In this document: in pieces, positions 28,677-38,659 of the stretch
Numbering within the stretch: position 1 is the stretch's first letter
Layout: each line of letters begins with the position of its first letter
Source: Planctomycetota bacterium
Lineage (GTDB): Bacteria > Planctomycetota > UBA1135 > UBA2386
DNA length: 64,000 bases
Assembly: GCA_965228735.1 (NCBI GenBank)
Contig: OZ245838.1
Location: 3,264,001-3,328,000 of the forward strand
Direction of reading: 5' to 3'
The notes under the pieces: model-generated
Told to the model about the DNA's origin: nothing
Database searches by the model: none
The model's input: the letters and a program-made list of their open reading frames with translations, nothing else
Program-made: the position numbers and the translations under genes

Positions 28677-29930
28677 CTATTGGCGCCAGGCCTCGTCGTC
28701 GATCTGCTTCTGGTCCCGCCGGAACAGCTTGCGGAACGTCGAAGCCTGCCCCTTGCCGGCCGCCGCATCGCGCAGGTACTGGGTGAAGCGATCGCGCAGG
28801 CCCGGATCCGGGTTCTCGCGCAGGTAGCGAAACAGCGCCCACGCCTGCGCGTACTTGACCGACTGCTTCGACGACGCGAAGAAGTCGGAGGTCTTGAAGT
28901 TGAGCACGCGGTGGACGCCGTAGAGGTCCTTGCTCCGCTGCGCCTGCGCGAGCGTCGCGAAGTGCCCGGGCTGCATGCTCGCCGCGAGCAGGGTCGGTTT
29001 GCCCGGCACGCGCGTCTGGATCCGACCGCTCATGTACTCGGCCCAGCCTTCGTCGAGCCAGGCCGGAATCGTTCCGCGGCTGCCGGCCGCGCGCACGAAG
29101 AAGAAGTGCAGCAGGCCGTGCGTGCCCTCGTGGATGAGCGCGTACGGCCGCCCGTTCTCGTAGCACGTGAACAGCTCGCGCTCGCTGACGGAGAAGTACG
29201 CGCCGGACGTGTTGCTGATCTTCGGCATCTGCTCGCGCGAGCGATAGACGCGCACGCCGATCGGCTCGACGAGCTCCTGCAGCTCGAGGTCACTGCCGAA
29301 GAGGTCATGCATCGTCCAGTACGCGAACTCGAGCTCCATGAGCGTGTCGAGCGCGACCTTCAACCCTGCGGCGCAGCGGATCTGGAAGTGCTCGGAGCGC
29401 AGCTCCCAGGCGTCGTCGAAGTCCTCGCCGAGCGCGTCGGCCTTCTCGAACGGCACCCAGCGGCCGTCGATCTGCACCGCGTAGCCGTTCCGTCGTTTGC
29501 GGTTGCCGAGCGCCTCGTGGATCGTCGCGTCGGCCGGTCGCTGCAGGGCCGCATACCAGCGCATCAGCCGCGCCTCGTGCGGCAGCCCAATGTCGTCGGC
29601 GTGCAGCGCGAGCGCGAGCAGCGCCATGACGTCGGTGGCCTTCGTGCCGCGCCACGTCGACAACAGCTTGCGTTGCTTCTCCGCGACGCTGTCGAACGAC
29701 TCCACCCGCGCGCGCTCGATCGTGCGATCCCGCGAGCCGACCCGCAGGACGATCTCCTCGTCGTCGACGCGGATGATGCGCCCACGCATCTCCTTGCCGT
29801 CCGTGAGCACGACGGTGTCGCGCGACTCCACGGTCTGGGCACGCACACTACCGAGCGCGGCGAACAGTCCGAGGAAGAGCAGGCCAGCGCGCCGGCGGGC
29901 GGCGCGGCGCTCGTGCGGGTTCCCGTTCAT
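28677..29930 (-). CDS. Secreted DUF1570-like zincin metallopeptidase-domain protein
   Basis: HEGTH (HExxH) and PAWLDEGWAEY; N-terminal DTVVLTDGKEMRGRI small domain. Confidence 0.82.
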   Translation of the reverse strand: MNGNPHERRAARRRAGLLFLGLFAALGSVRAQTVESRDTVVLTDGKEMRGRIIRVDDEEIVLRVGSRDRTIERARVESFDSVAEKQRKLLSTWRGTKATDVMALLALALHADDIGLPHEARLMRWYAALQRPADATIHEALGNRKRRNGYAVQIDGRWVPFEKADALGEDFDDAWELRSEHFQIRCAAGLKVALDTLMELEFAYWTMHDLFGSDLELQELVEPIGVRVYRSREQMPKISNTSGAYFSVSERELFTCYENGRPYALIHEGTHGLLHFFFVRAAGSRGTIPAWLDEGWAEYMSGRIQTRVPGKPTLLAASMQPGHFATLAQAQRSKDLYGVHRVLNFKTSDFFASSKQSVKYAQAWALFRYLRENPDPGLRDRFTQYLRDAAAGKGQASTFRKLFRRDQKQIDDEAWRQ

Positions 29931-30038
29931 TCGGACCAGGATACTCGGTCCGATCCGTCGATTGGCGACAACCCCGTCGGCGCGCCGAAAGGCGTGAATG
30001 CGGCCGGGCCTTGACGTGCGCCCGAAGTTCCGCACCCT

Positions 30039-31715
30039 GTGGCGCCGCTCGTTCCTCCCGTGCCCGCCCTCACCGAATCCGCCCAGGCCCGCATCGGCCT
30101 GCTCGGCAACCCGTCCGACATCTACGCCGGGCGAGGCCTGGGTTTCGCGGTCGCCGAACTCGGCGTGACGGTGACGCTGCGGGACACCGCGAGGACCGAG
30201 TTGCCGAACGCGTTGTTCGAAGCCGGCTGGCAGCTGTTGCGTGATCTGCTGGAGACGCGCGGCATCGACCCGAACGGGCGCCCGTTCGCACTCGAGTTCA
30301 CGAGCTCGGTGCCGTTCCAGGGCGGCCTCTCGGGCTCCAGCGCGCTGCTCGTCGCGGCGCTGCGCGGTTGGACGCGTTGGTTCGGCCTGCCGCTGCCGCC
30401 GACCGCCATTGCGGAGCTCGCCTTCCGCGCCGAGAACGACGTGCTCGGCATCCGCGCCGGCCCGCTCGACCGGCTGGTGCAGGCCCACGGCGGCCTGCTC
30501 GTGATGGACTTCGCCGAGCCGTTCCGCGCCGAGTCGATCCAGCGTCTCGACCCCGCGTTGTTGCCGCCGCTGCTGCTCGCGCTGCACGGCACGCCGGGTG
30601 AGAACTCGGGCGACGTGCACGCCCCGGTCTACGAACGCTGGCAGCAGGGCGACGCCGCAGTGCAGGAGGTCATGCGCGAGCTCGCGGACAACGCGATGCG
30701 CGGTCGCGACGCGCTGGTGGCCGGCGACCGCGACGCGTTCCGCCGGTGCATCGACCACAACTTCGACCTGCGCGCGCGCGTGTTCCCGATCGCGCCCGCC
30801 GACCGCGAACTCGTCGAGCTCGGCCGCGGGCTCGGCGCCGGATGCAAGTTCCCGGGGTCGGGCGGCGCGGTGCTCATGACCTGCCGCGACGAGGACCACC
30901 GCGGAGAACTCGAGGCCGCATGCCACGCCCGCGGTCACGACACGCTGCGCCCGACGGTGCAGCCCGAACGCCCGCGACTCGCCGCGGTGTTCCTCGCTGC
31001 CGGCTTCGCCACGCGCCTCTATCCGCTGACGAAGACGAAGGCCAAGCCGCTGCTCGAGGTCGGCGGTCAGGCGATGCTCACGCGCATCGTCGATCAGGTC
31101 GCGCGCATGGGCGCGGTCGAGGACGGCGTCGTGGTCACGAACGGTCGCTTTCACGCCGACTTCGTCGACTGGCAACGGCAGGTCCGACCGCAGCTGCCGC
31201 TCACGATCGTCAACGACGGCGCGGAGAACAACGAGACCCGCCTCGGCGCGATCCAGGACCTCGCGCTCGGACTGCAGCAGCGTGCCGATCGACCGGCGCC
31301 CGACGGCTGGCTCGTGCTCGCGTGCGACAACCTGTTCGAGTTCGACCTCGCGCGCGTTGCGCAGCGCTTCGCGTCGACCCGGAACGGCCAGCTCATCGTG
31401 CGTCAGGTCCCCGCGCCCGTGCCGGCGGGCCGATACAGCGAGGTGATCCTCACGGGCGATCGCGTCGAACGGTTCCGCGAGAAGCCGCAGGATCCCGAGT
31501 CCGACCTCTCGGCGATCGCGGTCTACCTGCTGCCGCAGGACCTCCCCGAACTCGTGCGCGACTACCTCGACGGCGGCGGCAACCCGGACGCCCCCGGTCA
31601 CTTCCTCGCGTGGCTCAGCGAGCGCCGACCGCTCGAGGCGACCCGACTCGACGGGCGCTGGCTCGACATCGGCAGCGCCGCGGATCTGATCCGCGCGCAG
31701 ACCGCATTCGACTGA
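30039..31715 (+). CDS. Fused GHMP sugar kinase (glucuronokinase-like) and NTP-sugar nucleotidyltransferase
   Basis: ARIGLLGNPSDIY, PFQGGLSGSSA, AGPLDR, KFPGSGGA; C-terminal LAAGFATRLYPLTKTKAKPLL, EKP, WLDIG. Confidence 0.9.
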   Translation: MAPLVPPVPALTESAQARIGLLGNPSDIYAGRGLGFAVAELGVTVTLRDTARTELPNALFEAGWQLLRDLLETRGIDPNGRPFALEFTSSVPFQGGLSGSSALLVAALRGWTRWFGLPLPPTAIAELAFRAENDVLGIRAGPLDRLVQAHGGLLVMDFAEPFRAESIQRLDPALLPPLLLALHGTPGENSGDVHAPVYERWQQGDAAVQEVMRELADNAMRGRDALVAGDRDAFRRCIDHNFDLRARVFPIAPADRELVELGRGLGAGCKFPGSGGAVLMTCRDEDHRGELEAACHARGHDTLRPTVQPERPRLAAVFLAAGFATRLYPLTKTKAKPLLEVGGQAMLTRIVDQVARMGAVEDGVVVTNGRFHADFVDWQRQVRPQLPLTIVNDGAENNETRLGAIQDLALGLQQRADRPAPDGWLVLACDNLFEFDLARVAQRFASTRNGQLIVRQVPAPVPAGRYSEVILTGDRVERFREKPQDPESDLSAIAVYLLPQDLPELVRDYLDGGGNPDAPGHFLAWLSERRPLEATRLDGRWLDIGSAADLIRAQTAFD

Positions 31716-31770
31716 CGGCGCACTCGATCCGGCAAGACAGGGCCCGCGACTTGCCGCTATGGTGCGTGGC

Positions 31771-34188
31771 ATGCAACGCCCAGCGGCTGCCCTCGCCGCG
31801 CTCCTCCTCGTTCCCGCCTGCAGTGACCCGCCGCTCGTCCGCGGCAGCAGCGCGCCGATCGTCGCAGGTGTCGCAGCGCAGCGCGCGGTGCCGGAGCGCG
31901 CCAACCCGGCCTCGCCGAAGGCCGGCGGCGATCGTCCCGGCCTGCCCGCGCGCCTGCGCGGACTCGCGCTGCTCGACGAGCTCGGCTGCACGGCGTGTCA
32001 CGACCACGACGGCGCCGATCCGCGACCGGGGCCCGACCTCGAGACTGCCGGCGCGCGGCTGCGTCGAGGTCACCTCCGAGCGTTCATCGGCGACCCGCTC
32101 GGGACCGAGCCCGGCACGGCGATGCCCGATCTGTTGCGCGATCTCGAGCGCTCCGAACACGCCGCCGCAGTCGCGGCCCTCGCGGCGTACATCGAGACCC
32201 GACGTCGCGACGAGGCGCCGGCACGAGAACGTCCGACCAACGATCCCGAGGCCGCCGCACGCGGCGAACGACTCTGGGGCGCGATCGGCTGCGTGCAGTG
32301 TCATCGCAGCGGCGATGACGATGGCGATGGCGCTGGCGCTGGCGCGCTCGATCTCGCCCACGTCGGATCGAAGTATCGGGCCGGCGCTTTGACCGCGTTC
32401 CTGCTCGCGCCGCATGCCGCGCGGCCGGGCGGCCGGATGCCCGACTTCGGACTCACGCCGGCGGCGGCCAGCGACCTCGCGGCGTTCCTCGGAGGTGCGG
32501 CAACCGACGCCGACGCGGCAGCGCACGAACCGGGCGGTGCTCTCGTGGCGCAGGGCCAGCGGCTGTTCGCCGAACGAGGCTGTGTCGCATGTCACGACGT
32601 GACCGATGCCGACCGGCCCACTCGAACTGCCGCGAAGCCGCTCGCCGCCATCGCGCCGACAGCATCAGTGGAAGCACCGAGGACCGGCTGCCTGTCGGAT
32701 CTCGCGGGGCCGTGGCCGTTCTACGCCTTGACCGACGAACAACGAACCGACATCACGGCGGCACTCACGCAGCTCGACGAGCCGCTGACGCCCGCGGATC
32801 GGGCGCACATCGCGCTGGCGAGCCGCAACTGCACGGCGTGCCACATCCGCGCGACGGACTGGACGATCGACACCCCGCGCCCTCTCGAGTCGCACGTGAT
32901 GGTCTCGAACGTCCAGACGCATGACCCATCGTTCCGGACCAACGATCCGACGATCGGTCAGGAAGGTCGACTGCCGCCGCCGCTCACCGGCATCGGCGGC
33001 AAACTGCAGGCCGACTGGCTGCGCGCGACGATCGCGCACGGCCAGCGCGAGCGGCCGTACCTGAGGACCCGCATGCCGGGCTTCGGCGACGCGTTCGGCG
33101 AACGGCTCTCGGCTGCGCTGACCGCGGCTGACGAAGCGCCGAAGACGGCGGTCACGCCGCTGTCGAAGGACCGCGAGAAGAAGAAGGTCGTCATCGAGCT
33201 CGGCAAGGAGCTCACGGGTGACCGCGGCATGAACTGCATCGCGTGTCACACCTTCGCGGGCGAACAGGCCGGCTCGATGGCTGCCCTCGATCTCGTCGCG
33301 ACCACCGGCCAGCGCCTGCGGCCCGAGTGGTTCGCGCACTTCCTGCGCTCGCCGTTCTCCTACAAGCCCAACACGCTGATGCCGCAGTTCTTCCCGGACG
33401 GCAGGTCGACGCGGCCGGAGATCGGCGGCGGCGACGTGCAGCAGCAGATCGACGGCCTGTGGCACTACCTCGCCGAGGGGCGCAACGTGCGCAAACCGCG
33501 CGGCCTGCGCCGGCCGCCGATCGTGCTGCAGGTCAAGGACGAGGCCGTGATGCTCCGGCGCGCGCTGCAGCACACCGGCAAGCGCGGCATCGCGGTCGGC
33601 TACCCCGGCGGCGTGAACATCGCGTTCGACGCCGAGACGCTCGGCATGGATCAGGTCTGGTGGGGCGAGTTCCTCGACGCCGGTCCGGTCTGGCGCGGGC
33701 AGGGCAGCGGCCGGGCCCATCCGCGCGGCAAGCCGCGGGTCACGCTGCCGAAGGGGCCCGCATTCGTCGTGCTCGAGAACGCTGATGCGCCGTGGCCCGA
33801 GCAGAGCCGCCGCGAGCTGGGCCACGAGTGGTTCGGCTATGACCTCGACGACAAGCGCCGCCCCGCGTTCCGGTACGCGGCGCACGGGGTCACGATCGTG
33901 GATGTTCCGCGTGAGCGCGCCGTGACCGAAGGGCAGCGACCGCACCTCGAACGACGACTGCGGTTGTCGAGCGCGGCCGCGACCCGGCTGACGTTCCGCG
34001 CGGCGCGCCATGCCGACATCGAGGCGGCGAACGATCGCTTCCTCGTCGGCCAGGATCTCGCGATCACAGTGACCGGCGCACGCGCGACGGTGCATGACGC
34101 CGGCGAAGTGCGCGAACTGCGCCTCACGATCGACGTTCCCGAAGGCGACTGTGACGTCGTCCTGACCTACGAGCCGAGGAAGCCATGA
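31771..34188 (+). CDS. Multiheme c-type cytochrome lipoprotein (five CxxCH)
   Basis: CTACH, CVQCH, CVACH, CTACH, CIACH, most followed by a distal MP; VPA-C lipobox; alternative start 31759. Confidence 0.88.
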   Translation: MQRPAAALAALLLVPACSDPPLVRGSSAPIVAGVAAQRAVPERANPASPKAGGDRPGLPARLRGLALLDELGCTACHDHDGADPRPGPDLETAGARLRRGHLRAFIGDPLGTEPGTAMPDLLRDLERSEHAAAVAALAAYIETRRRDEAPARERPTNDPEAAARGERLWGAIGCVQCHRSGDDDGDGAGAGALDLAHVGSKYRAGALTAFLLAPHAARPGGRMPDFGLTPAAASDLAAFLGGAATDADAAAHEPGGALVAQGQRLFAERGCVACHDVTDADRPTRTAAKPLAAIAPTASVEAPRTGCLSDLAGPWPFYALTDEQRTDITAALTQLDEPLTPADRAHIALASRNCTACHIRATDWTIDTPRPLESHVMVSNVQTHDPSFRTNDPTIGQEGRLPPPLTGIGGKLQADWLRATIAHGQRERPYLRTRMPGFGDAFGERLSAALTAADEAPKTAVTPLSKDREKKKVVIELGKELTGDRGMNCIACHTFAGEQAGSMAALDLVATTGQRLRPEWFAHFLRSPFSYKPNTLMPQFFPDGRSTRPEIGGGDVQQQIDGLWHYLAEGRNVRKPRGLRRPPIVLQVKDEAVMLRRALQHTGKRGIAVGYPGGVNIAFDAETLGMDQVWWGEFLDAGPVWRGQGSGRAHPRGKPRVTLPKGPAFVVLENADAPWPEQSRRELGHEWFGYDLDDKRRPAFRYAAHGVTIVDVPRERAVTEGQRPHLERRLRLSSAAATRLTFRAARHADIEAANDRFLVGQDLAITVTGARATVHDAGEVRELRLTIDVPEGDCDVVLTYEPRKP

Positions 34189-35675
34189 CGATCCGCACTC
34201 ACCTCGTTGCCGTGGCCGTCGCGGCATGCGCCGGTCCGGCGGCGATGGCCCAGGCCCTCGGTGGCATGTGGGGCACGGCGGGCGCCGAGGCCGACTACTA
34301 CCGCATCGTCGACGTGCCCGTCCCCACCGAGCTCGCGCTCGAGGTCGGCAGCATGTGCGCGTTGCCCGACGGCCGCATGGCGCTCGGCACGCGGCGCGGC
34401 GAGATCCTGCTGCTCCGCGGCGTTTCCGACGACCGGCCCGCCGCCGAGATCCAGTGCTTCGCGGGCGGGCTGGACGAGGTCCTCGGTCTCGGCTTCAAGG
34501 ACGGCGCGTTCTACGTGACGCAGCAGACCGAGGTCTCGCGCATCACCGACACGACGGGCGACGGGCGCGCCGACCGCTTCGAGAACCTCAGCGACGTCTG
34601 GGGCTTCGAGCACTACCACGAGTTCGCGTGGGGCTCGCCCGTGCAACCCGACGGCTCGGTCTACGTCGCGCTCGGGCTGTCCGCGTCGTACCACTACAAG
34701 GCCGACTACCGCGGGTTCGTGTTCCAGGTGACGCCGGACGGCGAGTCGATCCCGATCGCGTCCGGCGTGCGGAGTGCCGGCGGCGTCGCGCCCAACGAGC
34801 ACGGCGAGATGTTCTACGTCGAGAGCCAGGGACCGTGGAACGGCTCGTGCTCACTGAAGCACCTGCGTCCCGGCGGCTTCATGGGCCACCCGGTCTGCTT
34901 TCCGGCCTACGACCTGCCGCTCGGCACGAAGCTCGGACCGAAGCCGGAGAAGCCCGAGAACCGTTCGCGGCTCGCGACCGAGAGCAAGCGCATCCCGCAG
35001 CTCGTGCCGTACGCGGTCGTGTTCCCCTATCGCCGCATGGGGCAGTCGATCACGGCCCCGCGCGTGGATCGGTCCGCGGGCAGGTTCGGCCCGTTCGAGA
35101 ACCAGATGTTCCTCGGCGACTACAGCCTGAGCATCGTGATGCGCGCGACGACCGAGCAGGTCGACGGCGTCTGGCAGGGCGCGTGCTACCCGTTCCGCGA
35201 AGGCCTCGGGAACGGCATCCTCGCGGTCGAGTTCACGACGGACGGCAAACTGCTGACGGGCGGCACCAACCGCGGTTGGCCCGTGCGCGGCAACCGGCAC
35301 TTCTGCCTCGAGCGCATCGAATGGACGGGGCGGACGCCGTTCGAGATCGAGCGCATCACGGCGCGGCCGGACGGTTTCCGCCTGACGTTCACGGTGCCGG
35401 TCGATCCCGCGACGGCCACCGCTCCACCGGCCTACGATCTGGAGGCGTTCACCCACTACTTCCAGCAGGGCTACGGCAGCCCCGAGATCGATCGCACCCA
35501 ACCGATCGTCAAGACGGCGACCGTGAGCGCGGATGGCCGCACCGTCGATCTCGTGATCGATGGCCTCGTCGAAGGCCACGTGCACGGCTTCGAGCTGATC
35601 GGTGTCAGAGCCCGCGACGGCCGCGAGCTGCTGCACCGCCAGGCGTTCTACACCCTCAACCGGATTCCGCGATGA
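34185..35675 (+). CDS. Secreted beta-propeller of the PVC membrane-bound dehydrogenase type
   Basis: DTTGDGRAD, YHEFAWG, ASGVRS, QGPW, GPFENQMF, TNRGW; ATGA overlap with the cytochrome gene. Confidence 0.8.
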   Translation: MTIRTHLVAVAVAACAGPAAMAQALGGMWGTAGAEADYYRIVDVPVPTELALEVGSMCALPDGRMALGTRRGEILLLRGVSDDRPAAEIQCFAGGLDEVLGLGFKDGAFYVTQQTEVSRITDTTGDGRADRFENLSDVWGFEHYHEFAWGSPVQPDGSVYVALGLSASYHYKADYRGFVFQVTPDGESIPIASGVRSAGGVAPNEHGEMFYVESQGPWNGSCSLKHLRPGGFMGHPVCFPAYDLPLGTKLGPKPEKPENRSRLATESKRIPQLVPYAVVFPYRRMGQSITAPRVDRSAGRFGPFENQMFLGDYSLSIVMRATTEQVDGVWQGACYPFREGLGNGILAVEFTTDGKLLTGGTNRGWPVRGNRHFCLERIEWTGRTPFEIERITARPDGFRLTFTVPVDPATATAPPAYDLEAFTHYFQQGYGSPEIDRTQPIVKTATVSADGRTVDLVIDGLVEGHVHGFELIGVRARDGRELLHRQAFYTLNRIPR

Positions 35676-37282
35676 GCGACAAGTCAGGCCAGTCCCTGCC
35701 GCCGAGCATCTTCAACGACGTGATCGGCCCCGTGATGCGCGGGCCGTCGAGCTCGCACTCCGCGGCGTCGGTGCGCATCGCGCGGCTCGCGCGCGACCTG
35801 TGCGGCGGCACGCCCGAGCGCGTGCTCGTCGAGTTCGACAACCACGGCTCGCTGCCGACGACGCACGTGAGCCAGGGCTCGGACATGGGACTGTTCGGCG
35901 GGCTGCTCGGCTGGGAGGCCGACGACGAACGGCTCCCCGAGTCAGCGAAAGCCCTGCAGGATGCCGGCGTCGACCTCGAGATCCGCTACGTCGACCTGCA
36001 CGACCCGCACCCCAACACGTATCGGCTGACCCTCACGCGAGCCGGCGTCGAGCATCGCATGATCGCGATCTCGACGGGCGGCGGCATGATCGAGGTGCAG
36101 TCGATCGACGACCTCGAGGTGCAGCTGTTCGGCGACCTCGCGGTGACGCTGCTCCAACTGCACGACGGGGGCAACCTCGACGAGCTGGCGAACGCCGCCC
36201 GGGCGTTGCCGATCGACGGGGTCGACATCGTGCTCGCTAGCGGCGTGCCGGCCGCCGTCGTCGTCAAGGGCCAGGCGCCGCTCACGGATGACGCGATCGC
36301 GCAGCTCCCCGGCGAGCTTCGCATCCGGCGCATGAACGCCGTCCTGCCGGTGCGCTCACGCCGCAACCTCGCGGTGCCGTTCCTGCACGCGAGCGAGATG
36401 GCTGCGGCTGCGAGTCCAGAGGACCGTCCGCTGTCCGAGTTCGCGCTCGACTACGAGTGCGCGCGCGGTGGCATCGATCGCGACGCGGTCTTCGCGATGA
36501 CGCGCAACATCCACGCGATCATCAACAGCGGCGTGCAGCAGGGCCTGCAGGGCACGAGCTACCCCGACCGCATCCTGCCGCGTCAGAGCGACCGTTTCGC
36601 GCAGCTGCTCGAGCAGGGCAAGCTGCTCGACGGCGGCATCCTCAACCGCGCGATCCTCTACGTCACGGCGCTCATGGAGGTGAAGAGCTCGATGGGCGTC
36701 ATCGTCGCCGCCCCCACCGCCGGCTCGTGCGCGACGTTCCCCGCGACGTGCGTCGCCGCGGCCGAGATGATGGCGGCGAGCGAAGAGCAGACCCTGCGTG
36801 CGATGCTCGCGGCCGGCCTGATCGGCGTGTTCGTCACGACGCGTTCGAGTTTCGCCGCCGAGGTCGGTGGCTGTCAGGCGGAGACGGGCGCCGGCGCGGC
36901 GATGGCCGCGGCGGCACTCGTCGAGCTCGGCGGCGGCACGGCCGCCCAAGGCCTGTCGGCCGCGAGCCACGCGCTGCAGAACGTGCTCGGGCTGGTCTGT
37001 GACCCCGTCGCCAACCGCGTCGAGGCGCCGTGCCTCGGCCGCAACGTGGCCGGCGCCGCGAATGCACTCGCATGCGCCAACATGGCGCTCGCCGGCTACG
37101 ACCACCTGATCCCGCTCGACGAGGTGCTCGATGCCCACCGCGAGATCAGCGAGTCGATGGCGCGCGAGCTGCGCTGCACGGCCCTCGGCGGCCTCTCGAT
37201 CACGAAGACGTCCAAGGCGATCGAGGCGCGCCTCGCGGCCGGTTGTGAGTCGGAGGGCTGCGGCTCGGGCTCCTGCGGCTAG
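35672..37282 (+). CDS. Fe-S L-serine dehydratase, fused beta and alpha chains
   Basis: GPVMRGPSSSHSA, STGGG, AAPTAGS, GGCQAE, LGLVCDPV...VEAPC, ELRCTALGGL. Confidence 0.92.
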   Translation: MSDKSGQSLPPSIFNDVIGPVMRGPSSSHSAASVRIARLARDLCGGTPERVLVEFDNHGSLPTTHVSQGSDMGLFGGLLGWEADDERLPESAKALQDAGVDLEIRYVDLHDPHPNTYRLTLTRAGVEHRMIAISTGGGMIEVQSIDDLEVQLFGDLAVTLLQLHDGGNLDELANAARALPIDGVDIVLASGVPAAVVVKGQAPLTDDAIAQLPGELRIRRMNAVLPVRSRRNLAVPFLHASEMAAAASPEDRPLSEFALDYECARGGIDRDAVFAMTRNIHAIINSGVQQGLQGTSYPDRILPRQSDRFAQLLEQGKLLDGGILNRAILYVTALMEVKSSMGVIVAAPTAGSCATFPATCVAAAEMMAASEEQTLRAMLAAGLIGVFVTTRSSFAAEVGGCQAETGAGAAMAAAALVELGGGTAAQGLSAASHALQNVLGLVCDPVANRVEAPCLGRNVAGAANALACANMALAGYDHLIPLDEVLDAHREISESMARELRCTALGGLSITKTSKAIEARLAAGCESEGCGSGSCG

Positions 37283-37295
37283 AAGCTCGGCCGAC

Positions 37296-38027
37296 TCAGC
37301 ATCGACCGACCCGCAGATAGCGACTCGCCGTGCCGAACAGTTCCTCGCTGTGGTCCTCGACGAGTTCCAGCCCGACTGCAGCGAAGATCGGCAGCACCTC
37401 GTCCGCCTCCCAGCAGCGCAGCCGGACCGCGTCCTCGTACGCGAACGGTTCGCCGTCGATCACGCCCTCGGTCCGTTCGTCGTAGTCGAAGAGGCCGTCG
37501 CTGCCCGGCACCGGCCGCATCCGCACGCGGCGAAGGAAGTCCGGCTCCTCGTAGACACAGTCCGCGAACAGCTCGCGGTCGGCGAGATCGAACAGGAACG
37601 TGCCGCCCGGTCGCAGGCTCTGTACGACGCGTTCCGCGAGCGCCTGCAGAGCGGCGTCGTCGAGCAGATAGTTCATCACGGTGAACACGGCGATCGCCTG
37701 ATCGCAGCCGCTCGCCGGTTCGAAATCCTGCGCCGCAGCGACGCGCACGTCGATCGCGAGCCCTTCGCCGAGCGCGCGGCGCCCGAGTTCCGCCGCGAGT
37801 TTGCGCGCGGGCTCGACCGCGACGACCCGACAACCGCGGCGCGCGAGTGGCAACGCGAGCCGACCGTTGCCCGCGCCGATGTCGAGCACACGAGACGGCG
37901 GCGGCGCAACACGCTCGAGCAGCGCCACGGTCGCGGCCGTGAGGTTGTCGTAGAACTCACCGAACGACAGACGATGCACGTCGTCGTAGAGGTGGGCCCA
38001 GGAGTCGTGCGGCACGGCCATGCTCAT
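37296..38027 (-). CDS. Class I SAM-dependent methyltransferase
   Basis: VLDIGAGNGR, LRPGG. Confidence 0.9.
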   Translation of the reverse strand: MSMAVPHDSWAHLYDDVHRLSFGEFYDNLTAATVALLERVAPPPSRVLDIGAGNGRLALPLARRGCRVVAVEPARKLAAELGRRALGEGLAIDVRVAAAQDFEPASGCDQAIAVFTVMNYLLDDAALQALAERVVQSLRPGGTFLFDLADRELFADCVYEEPDFLRRVRMRPVPGSDGLFDYDERTEGVIDGEPFAYEDAVRLRCWEADEVLPIFAAVGLELVEDHSEELFGTASRYLRVGRC

Positions 38028-38128
38028 CCACAAGCGTCACCTGAGGTTGGGCATGGCGCACGCCCCGGGACCGGTTTCCCGAGCGACATGCGAATCCACC
38101 CACCGCTACGATTCCCGGGAGACGAGGC

Positions 38129-38659
38129 ATGGAGACCACCCGCATCGAACCGTTCCTGTCCTTCTCCCGGTCGGTCCGCAAGCGCACGCGCGCGGCCGCT
38201 TTGGCCGTCCCGGCCGATCGACTCGAGTGGCGCCCGTTCGAGACGGCGTTCTCCGCAGGGGATCTCCTGCGCCACATCGCCGGGACCCAACGCTGGATGT
38301 TCGTCGAGAACGTGCTCGGTCGACCGAGCCGATACCCGGGTCACGGCGAAGACCTCGCGAGCGGTCATCCGGCCGTGCTAGCCTACCTGGACGGCACGCA
38401 CGAGGACGCCATGCAGCTGCTCGCCGGACTGCCGAGCGAGGACCTGCAGCGGGCCTGCACGACCGTGGCCGGGGCCGAGGTGCCGGCCTGGCTGCTGCTG
38501 CGCATGATGCTCGAACACGAGATCCACCACCGCGGTCAGCTCTACTCCCTGCTCGGCCAGCTCGGGGTTGTGCGGCCGTCGCTGTTCGGCCTCACCGAGC
38601 AGCAGGTGCTCGAGCGGAGCAGCGCTGCGAATGAGCCGGGCGATCAATCGACCATGTGA
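38129..38659 (+). CDS. DinB family protein
   Basis: SAGDLLRHIA and EHEIHHRGQL. Confidence 0.9.
   Translation: METTRIEPFLSFSRSVRKRTRAAALAVPADRLEWRPFETAFSAGDLLRHIAGTQRWMFVENVLGRPSRYPGHGEDLASGHPAVLAYLDGTHEDAMQLLAGLPSEDLQRACTTVAGAEVPAWLLLRMMLEHEIHHRGQLYSLLGQLGVVRPSLFGLTEQQVLERSSAANEPGDQSTM

Noticed and set aside
28677..31991. 1104-aa minus-strand ORF and other very long ORFs (34226-37282, 20368-23082, 17977-20223)
   Set aside because: High-GC shadow frames or 5' extensions over real genes. Only the parts starting at 29930, 35672 and 18838 are protein-like; 20368-23082 is antisense to real genes.
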